From: a virus
Taxonomy: Duplodnaviria; Caudoviricetes
Strand: one strand, 5' to 3'
Virus record (IMG/VR): IMGVR_UViG_3300033402_000778
Span: 1-39,972 of that record
DNA length: 39,972 nt
Shown here: positions 14,882 through 24,333 of the stretch, piece after piece
Position numbering within the stretch: the first letter of the stretch is position 1
Layout: every line of letters begins with the position of its first letter
Translations under genes and position numbers: made by a program
The notes under the pieces: generated by a model
Databases searched by the model: none
Seen by the model: the letters and a program-made list of their open reading frames with translations, nothing else
What the model was told of the DNA's origin: nothing

Positions 14882-17089
14882 CTAACTGCGCCGGTTCTTC
14901 ATTGCCTCTTTAATTGTCGCCATGATATTTCCTTGGTTCTGCTGGAAGAACGCCTTTGAATCAACTCCGCCGTGGATATGAAGGTGCATGTCGCCGCCGC
15001 TTCCCCCGATTCCCCCTCCCGCAATGACGCTGCGAAGTGGATTGGCGATGCTTGCGGGCAAGATCATTTCTTGCTTATGGATCTGGGCGAGCATGTCAGA
15101 CGGAACGTTATCCCATCCACCCGCCGCAGAGGCCAATGGGGCCATAGCCATCACAGTGGCGTAGGACGCGGCGGCGGCGGCGGGCGCTGCGGGTGGTCCA
15201 ACAATCGGAATTGCCGCAATACTGGCAAATGTCGCTGCAGAAGCTACGGCGGCGAGGCTAGCAATCGCGGCGGCGTTCGTCAAATCCCCGGCTACCGTCG
15301 TCGCCGTGTCAGCAGTCGTCTCCGCAGTAGCGCGGGCTGTTGTTCCCGTTGCCGTGGCGGCGGTCTTCGATGACTCCCCGAAAAGATGCTTAACCATGGA
15401 TGCGATGCTGTGGGCCTCATCTTTAAGCCCCGCAGTTGCGGCCATCATTGATCTCGATGCCGTTCCTGTCCCTGTGGCGGCCGTCTTAAGATACTCAGAC
15501 GCGATGTGGCGTGCTGTGGTTTGGAGAAGCATCTTGAGAGCAGAATTAAGGGCTGAGTCCATGGCTGAACTAAACGCCTTGCTCCAAGTCTGTGTCCCAT
15601 CAATAAGGCCCCTCGTCATGGAGGAGAAATCCCGGGCTATCCTGTCGGCTGTCCTCTTCGCGTCGGATTCTTGCTTGTCCAACGCCTTTTTAGCTGCTGC
15701 TTCTTCCCTATCCCACTCCTTCTCTATGGCCGCGAATGTGGCGTCTTCGGCTTGCTTGGTAGCTTCCAGCTTTTTTGCCAGAGCGGCCTTGTACTGCTCG
15801 GTGTCAGCGCCATAGATGGTGGAGATCCTTGCAAACTCGTTCGTCGCAAGTTCGATACGTTCCGCGCTGCCCTCTTTGGCTGCGCTATAGTTGCGCGCCG
15901 CGTCTTTTTCAAGGTCCGCTTCGCTTTTCTTCCCTTGCTCTTCTTTGAGTTTTGCAATCTCCCGGTCCAGCGCGATAGCCATCTGAGAGCCAGTGACGGC
16001 ACAATCGCGCTTCTCCTGCCAGAACTTGATTTCAGCGGCTATGGACCAGGTGAACCAGTTCTGCTCCTCGTCTTTCTTGTCCTCAAGCTCCTTTTTGAAT
16101 TCCGCCATATAAGCGGAAGATTCATCCTTTGGCGCGGCGTCCGCTCCACCCTTAGCTGCCTTGGGTGCTTTCGGTGCCTTCGGGTCCGTGTCCCGACCGA
16201 GTGTCTGGAGTTTCTTAAGTTCCTCAAGGTAGCTATCTAAGTCCTTCTTTTGCTTTTCGATGGACTCATGAACGTTACCAGCCCGCTTGTCCCAGAGGTA
16301 CGCCCAAAGGCCGCCAAAGCCCCCCATCTTCGCCATGTTGTCGGATTCAAACCGCAACTGCGCTTCTTGCGCGGCAAGCGCCGTCAGTGTCGCTTTGGCT
16401 ACATCGATCTCCCCCTGGACCTCCTTCTGCCGAGCCTCATTCGCCAGTTTGATTGCATCCGCGATGCTTCGCTCGTGGCCGTCCTCGGCAATCAGGTACT
16501 TGATGAAATCCGGGTAGATGAGGCACAACTGCTCAATAATGATCTTCTTGCGGCCTTCGGCCTCCGCGTGGGCTTCGGAGTCGGGTGCAAGTTTTTGCAG
16601 CGCCGCATCGTTTTCGAGAAGCTGCGTTGTGAGGGTTTTGTATCGGTCAACATTCTCGCCAAGTGCCACGCCGCTATCATGCGCTGCCTTTTCCGCCGCA
16701 TGGCCAAACTCAATGACCTTCTCGACGCCCTTGGCAATCCACTCGACCATCTCCATGATGGCCAGAGGCGCAAAGGCCATTGACAAAGCCTGGCCGACGC
16801 CGGGGAGCGTGGAGACGAATCCCCCCACCGCCCGGTTCATCCCCAGCATGTGGGCAGCGTGGCGGGCCTCGGTTCGCGAGAAGTCGCCCTCCATGCTCTC
16901 CGCTGCCCGTTCCGACGCGTTCGTCATGCTTGCGAAGGCCTCGGTAGTTGACCCCTCGACCCCAGTGAAAGACGAGGCCATCGCGTCGGTGGACTCTTTT
17001 ACCCCTGCCGTGGCGGCATTGAGCCCCGCCGTGAGCCCTGCGATGTTGGCGGTGATTTGTACACTGATCTCGCCCGCGTCGTCTGCCAT
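14882..17089 (-). CDS. Tape measure protein (735 aa)
   Basis: EISVQITANIAGL N-terminus, helical Ala/Lys-rich body, IPIVGP and ASAAGGW..VP.D.LAQIHKQEMILPA C-terminus; follows the chaperone. Confidence 0.9.
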   Translation of the reverse strand: MADDAGEISVQITANIAGLTAGLNAATAGVKESTDAMASSFTGVEGSTTEAFASMTNASERAAESMEGDFSRTEARHAAHMLGMNRAVGGFVSTLPGVGQALSMAFAPLAIMEMVEWIAKGVEKVIEFGHAAEKAAHDSGVALGENVDRYKTLTTQLLENDAALQKLAPDSEAHAEAEGRKKIIIEQLCLIYPDFIKYLIAEDGHERSIADAIKLANEARQKEVQGEIDVAKATLTALAAQEAQLRFESDNMAKMGGFGGLWAYLWDKRAGNVHESIEKQKKDLDSYLEELKKLQTLGRDTDPKAPKAPKAAKGGADAAPKDESSAYMAEFKKELEDKKDEEQNWFTWSIAAEIKFWQEKRDCAVTGSQMAIALDREIAKLKEEQGKKSEADLEKDAARNYSAAKEGSAERIELATNEFARISTIYGADTEQYKAALAKKLEATKQAEDATFAAIEKEWDREEAAAKKALDKQESDAKRTADRIARDFSSMTRGLIDGTQTWSKAFSSAMDSALNSALKMLLQTTARHIASEYLKTAATGTGTASRSMMAATAGLKDEAHSIASMVKHLFGESSKTAATATGTTARATAETTADTATTVAGDLTNAAAIASLAAVASAATFASIAAIPIVGPPAAPAAAAASYATVMAMAPLASAAGGWDNVPSDMLAQIHKQEMILPASIANPLRSVIAGGGIGGSGGDMHLHIHGGVDSKAFFQQNQGNIMATIKEAMKNRRS

Positions 17090-17097
17090 GGAGCCTC

Positions 17098-17358
17098 CTA
17101 GAATCCGACGATTCCGGCCGCAAGTTCAGCCTCGCTCGTCGGGGTTACTGCCCTGTCTTCTTTGTCGCCGTAGAGGTACGCCTTGACCATCACATGAACG
17201 GGAGGATGCTTTCCCCAGTAGCTCAGCAGGTCAAGCACGGCGGGCCAGGGTGTTTCGTCAATCTGAACCGATGTCCAGCCCGTCGCCGTGGCAATGAGGC
17301 TGTAAAGCTCGCCCCAACTTAACGGCTCTTTTTCTTGGCCGGGGCGGTCACTTCCCCC
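17098..17358 (-). CDS. Tail assembly chaperone -1 frameshift extension (gpGT-like; fusion ~198 aa)
   Basis: The -1 frame is open from GGGGGAA (17358-17352): GSDRPGQEKEPLSWGELYSLIATATGWTSVQIDETPWPAVLDLLSYWEKHPP...IVGF*, ending just before the tape measure SD. Confidence 0.8.
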   Translation of the reverse strand, partial: GGSDRPGQEKEPLSWGELYSLIATATGWTSVQIDETPWPAVLDLLSYWGKHPPVHVMVKAYLYGDKEDRAVTPTSEAELAAGIVGF

Positions 17359-17693
17359 GGTTCGTCGCCGCCTGTGCGCGTGAAGCTCAGGAACTCATTG
17401 AAGAGCGCGGTGACCTGCCAGTCGGTCAGAGAGTCAAGCTCGGCAGCGGTGAAGTCCGGATATTTGCGCTGAATGGTCGCAACAAGGATTTCCGCGTTCT
17501 CGCGCTCGATTTCCCGGCGGGCTTCGTTCAGTTTGAACGCCAGATCGACTGTGGCCGCGCCCTTCTCGGCTTCCTTGGCGCTGTGGTAGAGCTCACCCAT
17601 GCGCTTGATGAGCGGGTCGATTTGGTTGCGCATCTGGCCACTGTTGAAGGGGATCAGGTTGTACTTCTTTCCATTGATTTCGACGGTGCTCAT
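17319..17693 (-). CDS. Tail assembly chaperone (gpG-like, 124 aa)
   Basis: MSTVEINGKKYNL...; lies between the tail tube and tape measure genes; PGE slippery motif. Confidence 0.8.
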   Translation of the reverse strand: MSTVEINGKKYNLIPFNSGQMRNQIDPLIKRMGELYHSAKEAEKGAATVDLAFKLNEARREIERENAEILVATIQRKYPDFTAAELDSLTDWQVTALFNEFLSFTRTGGDEPGEVTAPAKKKSR

Positions 17694-17752
17694 GCTTTCG
17701 GCCTCCATGGCTGAGATGGGAACGCGCCGCCCTCTCAGACGGCGCATCTGGG

Positions 17753-18484
17753 TTAGGAGTTGGTGTAGACGTTGATGACGTTGTTCAGCGTGTCGGTGAA
17801 GGCCTGGAACTCAAGATCGACTTCGGTGTAATCGTCCTGCTTGCCCGCCAGAGACAGCTTCGGAAAGACGACCGCCCACAGCTTGTAACCGAACTGTTTG
17901 CCGCCGTAAGTGTTGAAGGCGTTGAGTTGGAAGACAGTGGCAGCGCCCATCAGGACGTTGTTCAGATCGATGTTGTTACCGGTCACCATCGTGTAGGTGT
18001 AATACAAGCCCACCTGGTGCGTGGTGTCGGCAGCGGCGAAGGTGTAGACGCCGGCGGCAGAGACGGAATACTGACCAGTAGCCGGAGCGCTGGCCACAAC
18101 AGACAGCCACTTTCCAGCGGTGTAGTCATACACGCCGCCGTCCTGTACGAATGTTGCGCCGTTGAGGGCGGTGACCTGGTACGGGGTGGTGGGGATGTTG
18201 CTGATTTCGTTGTTGGCCGCGGCGGTCTGCCCGGTGCTGGTGGTCGAACCCGCCAGAATGGCAGCAATGAGCCCAGCCTGAATGCGGCCAGACTTCGCCT
18301 TTCCGGTGATCTTGCCCTTGCCCAGAGCAACGTCCTCGGGGAAGGCATAGGAGCCGATGAGTTCCTTCACATCGCGGCTGATGTCGATGGAGATGTCTTT
18401 CAGGGTGCCGACGTTGACGGGAGTGGGATTTGCGCCGGGCGGGACGATGAACAGTTGGCCGACGCCGAAGTTGTACTGAGCCAC
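17753..18484 (-). CDS. Major tail (tube) protein (243 aa)
   Basis: NFGVGQL...GTLKDISIDIS...KQDDYTEVDLEFQAF; position in the tail module. Confidence 0.85.
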   Translation of the reverse strand: MAQYNFGVGQLFIVPPGANPTPVNVGTLKDISIDISRDVKELIGSYAFPEDVALGKGKITGKAKSGRIQAGLIAAILAGSTTSTGQTAAANNEISNIPTTPYQVTALNGATFVQDGGVYDYTAGKWLSVVASAPATGQYSVSAAGVYTFAAADTTHQVGLYYTYTMVTGNNIDLNNVLMGAATVFQLNAFNTYGGKQFGYKLWAVVFPKLSLAGKQDDYTEVDLEFQAFTDTLNNVINVYTNS

Positions 18485-18544
18485 GGTGGTACTCGCTTTC
18501 TGGCGTGGTCCTCAGTCGGCCTCTGAAGACACCCCGGTTGATGG

Positions 18545-18718
18545 TTAGAGAATCGCGGCCAGACGAACCTTGAGGGCTTCCTTGGCTGCGTAGAGCTTGT
18601 TGTGTGCTTCGGTGTCCAAGACGCTGTTCAGGTTCCCGCGCAGATCGTTGAACCACGTCTCGATTTCGGTTACCCACTTGGCCGGTTCGGCTGCGGAAGT
18701 TGCGGTCTGTTCGTCCAT
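18545..18718 (-). CDS. Small hypothetical protein (57 aa; not in the ORF track)
   Basis: SD AGGAGG; MDEQTATSAAEPAKWVTEIETWFNDLRGNLNSVLDTEAHNKLYAAKEALKVRLAAIL; fills the gap between neighbours. Confidence 0.7.
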   Translation of the reverse strand: MDEQTATSAAEPAKWVTEIETWFNDLRGNLNSVLDTEAHNKLYAAKEALKVRLAAIL

Positions 18719-18731
18719 CAAGCGCCTCCTT

Positions 18732-19208
18732 TTAGGCGGTCGTTACGATCTCCAGGGGAACTTCAACGATGCCCTGGGTTTGGAAAAGTCCCTCATCCTT
18801 GACCACGGTCCCGAAGATGCGGCAAGAGGACACGAGGCCCCCGAGCGTGGTGTGTGGCGCTTGCCCGTCGTTGGCGAACGGTCCCATCTGCGCAGCCTCA
18901 CCCGCCGTCAGTTCCAAGGCCGCTTCAATCGCAGTGATGAGCGTGTTCTGGAGTGTGCTTGGCGCGGCCATCGGGTCAGCATCATGTCGGGTGTAGATCA
19001 CCAGCTTGGGATGCAGGGCCCACACGGTGGGCTGGCGCCGGTCACCGCTGGCCGTCTCATCACCAGCGGCAAGAAAGAGCGCGGGCTGCATCTCGGGCGG
19101 CGTGTCCGAGTAACCAGACCAGATGCGTGAGCAGGGCGCTGCAAACCCGGTCACAGCGCCAAGGCGCGCATTCAGCGCAACGAAGATCGCTTCACGGTTC
19201 AGGGCCAT
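18732..19208 (-). CDS. Tail terminator / completion protein (158 aa)
   Basis: NREAIFVAL...QPALFL...TLGGLVSSCRI; position before the tail tube. Confidence 0.75.
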   Translation of the reverse strand: MALNREAIFVALNARLGAVTGFAAPCSRIWSGYSDTPPEMQPALFLAAGDETASGDRRQPTVWALHPKLVIYTRHDADPMAAPSTLQNTLITAIEAALELTAGEAAQMGPFANDGQAPHTTLGGLVSSCRIFGTVVKDEGLFQTQGIVEVPLEIVTTA

Positions 19209-19720
19209 CAAGAGCCTCCCATCGCACCAGCCAGCCGGGCGCGAATGTCGTCTTTCATGTCGGCCAGGGCCGGGGTGAGAAATGGTCGGGCGTCTTCGTG
19301 CTTTGTGCCCGGCGGGTGCTTGGCGAAGTACTTTACCTTTGCCAGATCGGTCATACTGCCAGGGCCGAGCCGCGGGCCCACCGACGGACCGCCCCGCGCA
19401 CCCGCGCCGATCTTGCGGTCAAAGCCCTTTTCCCAGTAAGCGCCGTAGGGTACGTTCGTGCCTACACTGCTGCTGAAGCTGTTGCCATCCTCGCTCGGCT
19501 TGTCATTGATAGACCCCCAGAGGAGGCCCGTCTTGCCGACGCCTAGATGACCAGGGCGTGGTCCGTTGAGGTACTTGGAAACCACCAGGTTGTGAAGGGC
19601 GACTCCAAGCGCGTTGACGGTCGCACGGACACGGTTTCTGCGCGCCACGCTGATCTGTGCAAGTTTGGCGACAACAAGCTCCGAACCGACGATCTGGCCG
19701 ACAATCAGCGGGTCGCTCAT
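19208..19720 (-). CDS. Neck / tail completion protein (HK97 gp10-like)
   Basis: KTGLLWGSI...VGTNVPYGAYWEKG...ARPFLTPAL motifs. Confidence 0.8.
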   Translation of the reverse strand: MSDPLIVGQIVGSELVVAKLAQISVARRNRVRATVNALGVALHNLVVSKYLNGPRPGHLGVGKTGLLWGSINDKPSEDGNSFSSSVGTNVPYGAYWEKGFDRKIGAGARGGPSVGPRLGPGSMTDLAKVKYFAKHPPGTKHEDARPFLTPALADMKDDIRARLAGAMGGS

Positions 19721-20298
19721 CCCACGACCTTTTTCCAGTTCGTCAAGCTGTCCAGCGCCCATTTCGGGATAGACAACTGCGAGAACGAAACCGTCTCAGC
19801 GCCGCCCATGCTCTTACTGATTTGCCCTATCCGCGAGCTTTCGCTGTAGCCCCAGGCGACGATGCGGCAAGCAACATGCTCAAGGTCGAACGGGACAGTG
19901 GCGAACCCGGCGGTGTACTTCAAAACCACGTTCATGAAGTCGCGCCGGAAGGTGGGAGCGCCGAAGGAGAAGCCGCCCATGGCTGAAACCGAGTTGGTCA
20001 GGCTGATGGTTCGCCGGCCATCGCAGACGGCGTACTGAGTCACGTCGATTGCGTCAACCGTGACCTGGGTGATGGCCGTAACCGGGTAATTGGCGGTCAT
20101 GATCTGCCGGCCGCCAGTGCCGTTCAGGATCTCGGTGTAGGAGGCCTGAAGGATGTCCCGGTTCAGGTTCGACTTGATCCACGCACTAACGGCGGTGATG
20201 ATCGGAGACAGTTTGTCATCCACCGTGTTGGCGGTGGTTCCGAGGTACGTCTTCACGCTGTCGAGCGTGGTCAAGTCGCCTGGATCGGGATAGGTCAT
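19717..20298 (-). CDS. Head-tail connector (gp6-like adaptor)
   Basis: LTTLDSVKTYL...YTAGFATVPFDLEHVAC. Confidence 0.85.
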   Translation of the reverse strand: MTYPDPGDLTTLDSVKTYLGTTANTVDDKLSPIITAVSAWIKSNLNRDILQASYTEILNGTGGRQIMTANYPVTAITQVTVDAIDVTQYAVCDGRRTISLTNSVSAMGGFSFGAPTFRRDFMNVVLKYTAGFATVPFDLEHVACRIVAWGYSESSRIGQISKSMGGAETVSFSQLSIPKWALDSLTNWKKVVG

Positions 20299-20633
20299 TA
20301 CTGCTCCGTTTCAGCTTCCGCACAGATCGCATCAGCCTCAGCCTTGCGGGCCTCTGCAACGGCCTTGATGAGTGCTGGACGTGCCAGTGTGGCGTCAAGC
20401 CCAAGCCGGGTAGCCTCAGCCGCCAGAACGTCATTGGTCCACTTTGCCGGGTTGCCGGTGAGGGCCACGACGGGAGCCGCATCAGCCTCAGCCTTGGGGG
20501 CCAGTGTGGTGAAGCCCATGCACTGCAAGGCCTCAAGCGCCTCTTGAGGAACATCGAAAGCGCCGGTTGCATCCGGCTCGTAGTTCACGCCGTCGAAGCT
20601 GCATCCGGTGGCGTCCGCGTGATAAATCAACAT
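20298..20633 (-). CDS. Hypothetical head-associated protein (111 aa)
   Basis: SD AAGGAG; C-terminal helix-extension-helix-like segment WTNDVLAAEATRLGL...LIKAV. Confidence 0.7.
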   Translation of the reverse strand: MLIYHADATGCSFDGVNYEPDATGAFDVPQEALEALQCMGFTTLAPKAEADAAPVVALTGNPAKWTNDVLAAEATRLGLDATLARPALIKAVAEARKAEADAICAEAETEQ

Positions 20634-20785
20634 GCTGTTGCTCCTTTGAGCGATGCTGGAATGGACAGGACTGGATGGCTTGCGCGCACCATGAGACGGA
20701 TTTCAGCGATGATCTCTTGCGCTTTCTTCTGAGCAGCGGCAAAGTCCTGGACCCTGCCGAATGCGTCGTAGTTTGATCCGCTCAC
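20627..20785 (-). CDS. Small hypothetical protein (~52 aa)
   Basis: GGGAG SD then GTG at 20785 (MSGSNYDAFGRVQDF...), downstream of the capsid hairpin. Confidence 0.45.
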   Translation of the reverse strand: MSGSNYDAFGRVQDFAAAQKKAQEIIAEIRLMVRASHPVLSIPASLKGATAC

Positions 20786-20801
20786 TGGGTCACTCCCTGC
20801 G

Positions 20802-20836
20802 AAATGGGGCACAGCAGCCTTGGCCACCATGCCCCA
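20802..20836 (-). terminator. Terminator / stabilising hairpin after the major capsid gene
   Basis: TGGGGCATGGTGGC-CAAG-GCTGCTGTGCCCCA followed by TTTC. Confidence 0.65.
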
Positions 20837-20852
20837 CGGTTGAGCCTCTGAA

Positions 20853-22322
20853 TTAGCCGGCGGTGATGTTGTTGATTACGCCGATGGCGAAGGGAGCGTA
20901 GACGGCGAGAACTTCCTCGGCATAGACGCCCACTTCCTCACGCCTGGTGCGCATCGGCCAATCGAGTTCGTAGTAGTCGGCGCGGGTTTTGACCGCGGCG
21001 ACGTTCGGAACTTCGCTGGACTGGTACTGCGCGGGCAAGTCTTCGGCATAGCCCAAGATCGTTCCTGCGGGCATCTTGGGGTGAATCTTGATCGGGATTT
21101 CGCGCCCGCCGTTGAGGGCGAACGGGTTGAAGTAGCTCTTGATGACGCCGTTGGCGACGATGGCAAAGCCCTGGTCGTCGTTGGTGTAGCGGAGCAGCGG
21201 GGCAGACGAGCCGTTCAGGACGCGCGATGCGATGTCCTTCGCCTGTTGGGCGTTGACATAGAGCACCGAGGGGCTGACCTGAGTCGCGTTGAACATGGCC
21301 AGGAGCAAGCTGTCGATCTCGTTCACGTTGCCGCGCCCGCCAGTAGTGAGCAGAGCGCCGTTGGTGAGAGGCTGCCAGATCGCGCCCGAGGTCGAGTTCA
21401 GAGCAGCCGACGCCAGCCCGTCAAAGGCCAGGTTGGGGTTCGCGCTGTAGTCAGCAGCGGTGAGAGCCGAGGCGAGTTGGTTGGTGGCGTTCAGCGGGGC
21501 CGAGAAGGTCACGGTTGCCACGTTGGTGATGGTCTGCAACCGCTCCGCGCCCACCGCGCCCGCGAACCACGCATAGCCAGCCGCGCCACGAACCGGGGCG
21601 ACCGACGCGGTCAAAATCTGACCGAGGGTGATGGCCTGGGTTGCGCTTGCGGATGCCTGACCGACGCCGCCATTCAGGGTGAAGGTCAACCCGTCCATGC
21701 CGGTGATGGTCTTGGTCTGGACAAGGCCAGCCGCAATCGACTGCTGCTGAATGCCCTCGTAGGTCAGGGGTACGCAGATGACCGAATAGGTCAGAGCGGG
21801 CAGCGTGGCGCCAGAACCGGAAGCGGCCAGCGTGGCAGTCGGGCAGGTTCCGAGGTTGACGGACGCATTGCCGAACAGCAGCGCGTTCTCTTCCTTCAGC
21901 ATCATGCCCTGAAGCAAACGAAGCACCATGCGGGCCTTCACATCCTCGAAGCCCTTTCCGGCGTTCATCGCTTCACGGGTGACGTAGTCTTCCTCACCTA
22001 GCGTCACGTAGCTTGCGGCCTTGGCTGCCGTGGTGTAGCTCGTGTTGGCAGAGCGCTGACCCTCGGGAACCCATCCCATGCCAGAGAAGCCAGAGCCCAG
22101 TAGCGCGGAAACAACCTTCCAGTTGGTCGCCGGGCCGGTTCCACCGCCGATGCGGGGCAGAGCGTTGCGGATGGGCGTTGCCACCGGGTAAAGGTTCTTG
22201 GCGGGTGCCTGAAGGTCATACGCGGTGAGCCCGGTGGCTACCGTGATGGCCTTCTGAATGGTGTCGTCTGCGGGCGAACTGAGGGCCTTTTTTACGAGGT
22301 CCAGCGTTTCTTGCATGCTCAT
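20853..22322 (-). CDS. Major capsid protein (489 aa)
   Basis: Follows the protease/scaffold; strong SD; followed by a hairpin; C-terminal IKIHP.MPAGTI...EEVLAVYAP..IGVINNI is typical of HK97-fold capsids. Confidence 0.8.
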   Translation of the reverse strand: MSMQETLDLVKKALSSPADDTIQKAITVATGLTAYDLQAPAKNLYPVATPIRNALPRIGGGTGPATNWKVVSALLGSGFSGMGWVPEGQRSANTSYTTAAKAASYVTLGEEDYVTREAMNAGKGFEDVKARMVLRLLQGMMLKEENALLFGNASVNLGTCPTATLAASGSGATLPALTYSVICVPLTYEGIQQQSIAAGLVQTKTITGMDGLTFTLNGGVGQASASATQAITLGQILTASVAPVRGAAGYAWFAGAVGAERLQTITNVATVTFSAPLNATNQLASALTAADYSANPNLAFDGLASAALNSTSGAIWQPLTNGALLTTGGRGNVNEIDSLLLAMFNATQVSPSVLYVNAQQAKDIASRVLNGSSAPLLRYTNDDQGFAIVANGVIKSYFNPFALNGGREIPIKIHPKMPAGTILGYAEDLPAQYQSSEVPNVAAVKTRADYYELDWPMRTRREEVGVYAEEVLAVYAPFAIGVINNITAG

Positions 22323-22356
22323 GTTTCGTAGCCTCCTCGGCTGGTTTCCCTCGCTT

Positions 22357-23649
22357 TTAGGCGCGGGGTTGGATGGTTACGCCGCCGGACTTGTGAATCT
22401 TCCTGATTGCGTCCAGCGGGTCACTGGGTTCGGCCTCCACACCCGCGTCTGCCTTGCTTACACTGTCGTCACTGCCTTTCTCGACAACCCTGAGAAAGCC
22501 CTTCGCCTTCATGCCCTTCACGATCTCGTCAAGCTCGGCCTCGTGTTTCGCGGCATCGCTTTGGAGCTTCGCAACTTCGTCCTTTAGGCCGTCCCGCTCG
22601 GTGCTGAGCTTCGAGACCTCGTCAGTCAACCCGGCAACCTTGGCCACTGAGTCTTCGCCATCGACGGCCGTCTCGCCCTTGGCTGAATCGTCATAGCCGC
22701 TGGCCTTCATGCAGTCAGCCGCCTTCTGGATGTGGTCATGGGCTTCGGCTAGCTTGCCCTTGGTGGCCGCTGAGAACTTCGCGCCCTTCTTTTCGACCGC
22801 ATCAGCGCCCTTTGCTGTGTCGGCCAGGGCAATAACCTCGACAACCGGGGCAGGATCGGGCGGCGCCAGCGATGCCAGCAGTTCGCTCGTCTCCTCTTCG
22901 GTCATGGCCTTGAGGATTTCCGCCCCCGATGCCAGCCAGGCGCGCATCTGAGCCGGAAGCGGTGAATTGTCGCCCTCGTACTGCGCTTCGTAGTTGGCGT
23001 CCTGAGCCTGATAGCCCAGAGAGGCAAGCAACTCGGCAAACCGGGAGACGCCATACAGGCCTTTCTTTACCGTGTCGGCATCGGTTCCAACCGCAAGAAC
23101 CTTGACCGCCGTATCGGTGGCCGCTTCGACCGTGGCATCAGCCGCGGCGGTAGTCACTTCTGTTTCAACTTCCACGTCGTCTCCTTCGTCGCCGTCCAAC
23201 TTGACAACCTCGGTCACGTCGCAGTCAGGATTCGCGCCGATGTCTACCAGCGAAACCTCACGCAACTTCAACTTGTGAATGATTTTGCGGTCGTTGGCAT
23301 CGCGCCCGCCCGGTGGGACATTGCCCTGAATCGAGAACATCTTCAGAACGCCGGTATCGACCTTGAGGACCGTGACCGGGTCAACGACATGCGCGGTGAT
23401 GTGCGTAACGTCGTTGTCGTCCACGTACATCTCAGTGGTTACGCCGGCGGCCTTGGTGACGTCGTGCATCTCGCGAACCGCCCGGCGCTTTTCCATGTAG
23501 TCAGGGATGGCACCGCGCAGACAGTCGCCAGTGAACGATTCCCCGTCTGAGTCCTTGGTCGGGGTGCTGGCGATGCCGGAAACCATGCGGGTTCCGTCGC
23601 CCATGTCCTCAACTTTGGTGATCTGGCCGAACATCCGAGCCTTCGCCAT
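22357..23649 (-). CDS. Prohead maturation protease fused to scaffold (430 aa)
   Basis: VSGIAST...DSDGE, VREMH, FSIQG and EVSLVDIGANP motifs, then an acidic coiled-coil C-terminus. Confidence 0.85.
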   Translation of the reverse strand: MAKARMFGQITKVEDMGDGTRMVSGIASTPTKDSDGESFTGDCLRGAIPDYMEKRRAVREMHDVTKAAGVTTEMYVDDNDVTHITAHVVDPVTVLKVDTGVLKMFSIQGNVPPGGRDANDRKIIHKLKLREVSLVDIGANPDCDVTEVVKLDGDEGDDVEVETEVTTAAADATVEAATDTAVKVLAVGTDADTVKKGLYGVSRFAELLASLGYQAQDANYEAQYEGDNSPLPAQMRAWLASGAEILKAMTEEETSELLASLAPPDPAPVVEVIALADTAKGADAVEKKGAKFSAATKGKLAEAHDHIQKAADCMKASGYDDSAKGETAVDGEDSVAKVAGLTDEVSKLSTERDGLKDEVAKLQSDAAKHEAELDEIVKGMKAKGFLRVVEKGSDDSVSKADAGVEAEPSDPLDAIRKIHKSGGVTIQPRA

Positions 23650-23671
23650 GTGTCCTCTTTTTGCCTCATCT

Positions 23672-23737
23672 TGTGGCTAAACAGACACAGTATAGAGCGG
23701 AAAAGGGCAAGGAAAACCCCGCCAGATTCAGCGGGGT
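23672..23737 (-). promoter_or_regulatory. Terminator-promoter-operator cassette upstream of the protease/capsid genes
   Basis: Minus strand: ACCCCGCTG-aatc-TGGCGGGGT-TTTCC, then TTGCCCT, then TATACT overlapping the palindrome TGTGTC-N6-GCCACA (23672-23689). Confidence 0.65.
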
Positions 23738-23793
23738 AAGAAAAATCAGCATTCAGGAGACTCGCGTGTGGTGATTATATGAGCCAAAAAGGC

Positions 23794-24003
23794 TCAAGGT
23801 TCGGAGGTCGTTGGCGCGAGTGCCAATAATCCCGCGATTTCTTCCCGATGGTTTGCCGGGATGTCGAGCGCGTGGTTCATCATGAGGCGGTTCACGGCTG
23901 CGGTGAAGGCTTCGACCCAGTCATACGTCTTGTTGCAGACCGTGTGGCCGGTGCCTGAACACATGTGGAGCGGACAGGAGCCGTCCCGAATCAGCGTAAT
24001 CAT
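23794..24003 (-). CDS. Hypothetical protein (69 aa)
   Basis: Fills the gap; purine-rich upstream region. Confidence 0.55.
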   Translation of the reverse strand: MITLIRDGSCPLHMCSGTGHTVCNKTYDWVEAFTAAVNRLMMNHALDIPANHREEIAGLLALAPTTSEP

Positions 24004-24018
24004 TGGCTCTTCTTTCTG

Positions 24019-24303
24019 TTAGGCGAGTGCAACGCTCTTCAGTGTCCCGCCGTCGTTGTAGTACAGCTTCACCGTGCCGTCACTGGTGTTCTTCCAGACC
24101 TCAGCCACGCCGGCCGGGATGTTGACGGTCGTCGGTGCACCAGCCGCGCTCTTGACGTTGACGATCTCCAGCCCGCTTTGCTCTGCCAGGCCGACAAGCG
24201 CGGTCGGGATGACGTAGACGCCGTTCGTCGGCTTGTAATCGGTGCCGTTGATGTGAATGCAGCCCGCCGCCGGGCCGAGCATGTTGGTCGTTGCAACCGC
24301 CAT
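24019..24303 (-). CDS. Small beta-rich virion-like protein (94 aa)
   Basis: SD GGAGG; WKNTSDGTVKLYYNDGGT resembles fibre/decoration repeats. Confidence 0.7.
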   Translation of the reverse strand: MAVATTNMLGPAAGCIHINGTDYKPTNGVYVIPTALVGLAEQSGLEIVNVKSAAGAPTTVNIPAGVAEVWKNTSDGTVKLYYNDGGTLKSVALA

Positions 24304-24333
24304 GGTTCCTCCAGTTGGGCTGGTGTAGCCCGG

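Noticed and set aside
20786-20830. ATG 20830 start for the small ORF after the capsid gene
   Set aside because: This ATG is buried in the terminator hairpin; GTG 20785 has an SD.
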